Source: an uncultured virus (IMG/VR IMGVR_UViG_3300005142_000031) (Duplodnaviria; Heunggongvirae; Uroviricota; Caudoviricetes). Taken from it: 64,000 bases of DNA. The stretch lies in the IMG/VR virus record IMGVR_UViG_3300005142_000031; one strand, written 5' to 3'. The notes under the pieces were generated by a model, which made no database searches, was not told where the DNA came from, and saw nothing but the letters and a program-made list of their open reading frames with translations. Below, in pieces: positions 63,740 through 64,000 of this stretch (the stretch's first letter is position 1; each line of letters begins with the position of its first letter). The translations under genes and the position numbers were made by a program.

Positions 63740-63762
63740 GGTGCCCTCCTTGGCAGCTAGGA

Positions 63763-64000
63763 TTATTGTCCCTTCCACTGGACGATCCAGGACGGCGCCT
63801 TGACTCCGCCCTCGAGCCGCACGACGTAACCCAGCTCGGTCAGCGCCCAGGCCAGCCAGGGCACCGAGTAGCGGCCGAGCGTGCCACTGTCGCGCGCCGC
63901 GGCGACCGCCCGGACCACCTGGTCCAGGGTCTGGCCGTCGACCCGGCCGACGCCGGCGACCGCCTCCAGGGTGGCGCCCATCGACTTGAACCGGCCGAGT
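63763..64000 (-). CDS. Hypothetical protein, probably truncated by the window edge
   Basis: Frame is open to the right end of the window. Confidence 0.5.
   Translation of the reverse strand, partial: LGRFKSMGATLEAVAGVGRVDGQTLDQVVRAVAAARDSGTLGRYSVPWLAWALTELGYVVRLEGGVKAPSWIVQWKGQ

Overview
64 kb of a GC-rich (about 65-68% by eye) tailed-phage or prophage genome with siphovirus-type tail genes. Every credible gene is on the minus strand; the long plus-strand ORFs are antisense shadows. Order of transcription, right to left: (1) WbqC-like protein, glycosyltransferase, RarA/MgsA-C-like protein, dNMP kinase, split BTLCP, ParB-like protein; (2) terminase small and large subunits; (3) an ~10 kb non-structural insert with a truncated PPDK-like dikinase, a CsrA-like protein, two CX5R phosphatases, unknowns and a family A DNA polymerase; (4) portal, MuF-ADP-ribosyltransferase, XkdF protease, scaffold, capsid, neck, tail tube, frameshifted chaperone, tape measure, lambda-like M/L/K/I/J tip genes with a 1401-aa modular fibre; (5) lysis genes; (6) replication and recombination genes (initiator with likely internal ori, DnaC-like, DnaB, primase, SSB, SF2 helicase, RecA, two resolvases, exonuclease); (7) excisionase and tyrosine integrase. 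Two genome-wide signals are not explained by the gene list. First, an AT-rich palindrome TGCAAT-NN-ATTGCA occurs 14 times exactly plus 5 variants, roughly every 3.3 kb, inside and between genes. Second, about 30 short hairpins with co-varying stems and an A(N)GGAN loop sit at ribosome-binding sites, in a phage that encodes a CsrA-like protein. All calls are from visual motif recognition; no database searches were run.
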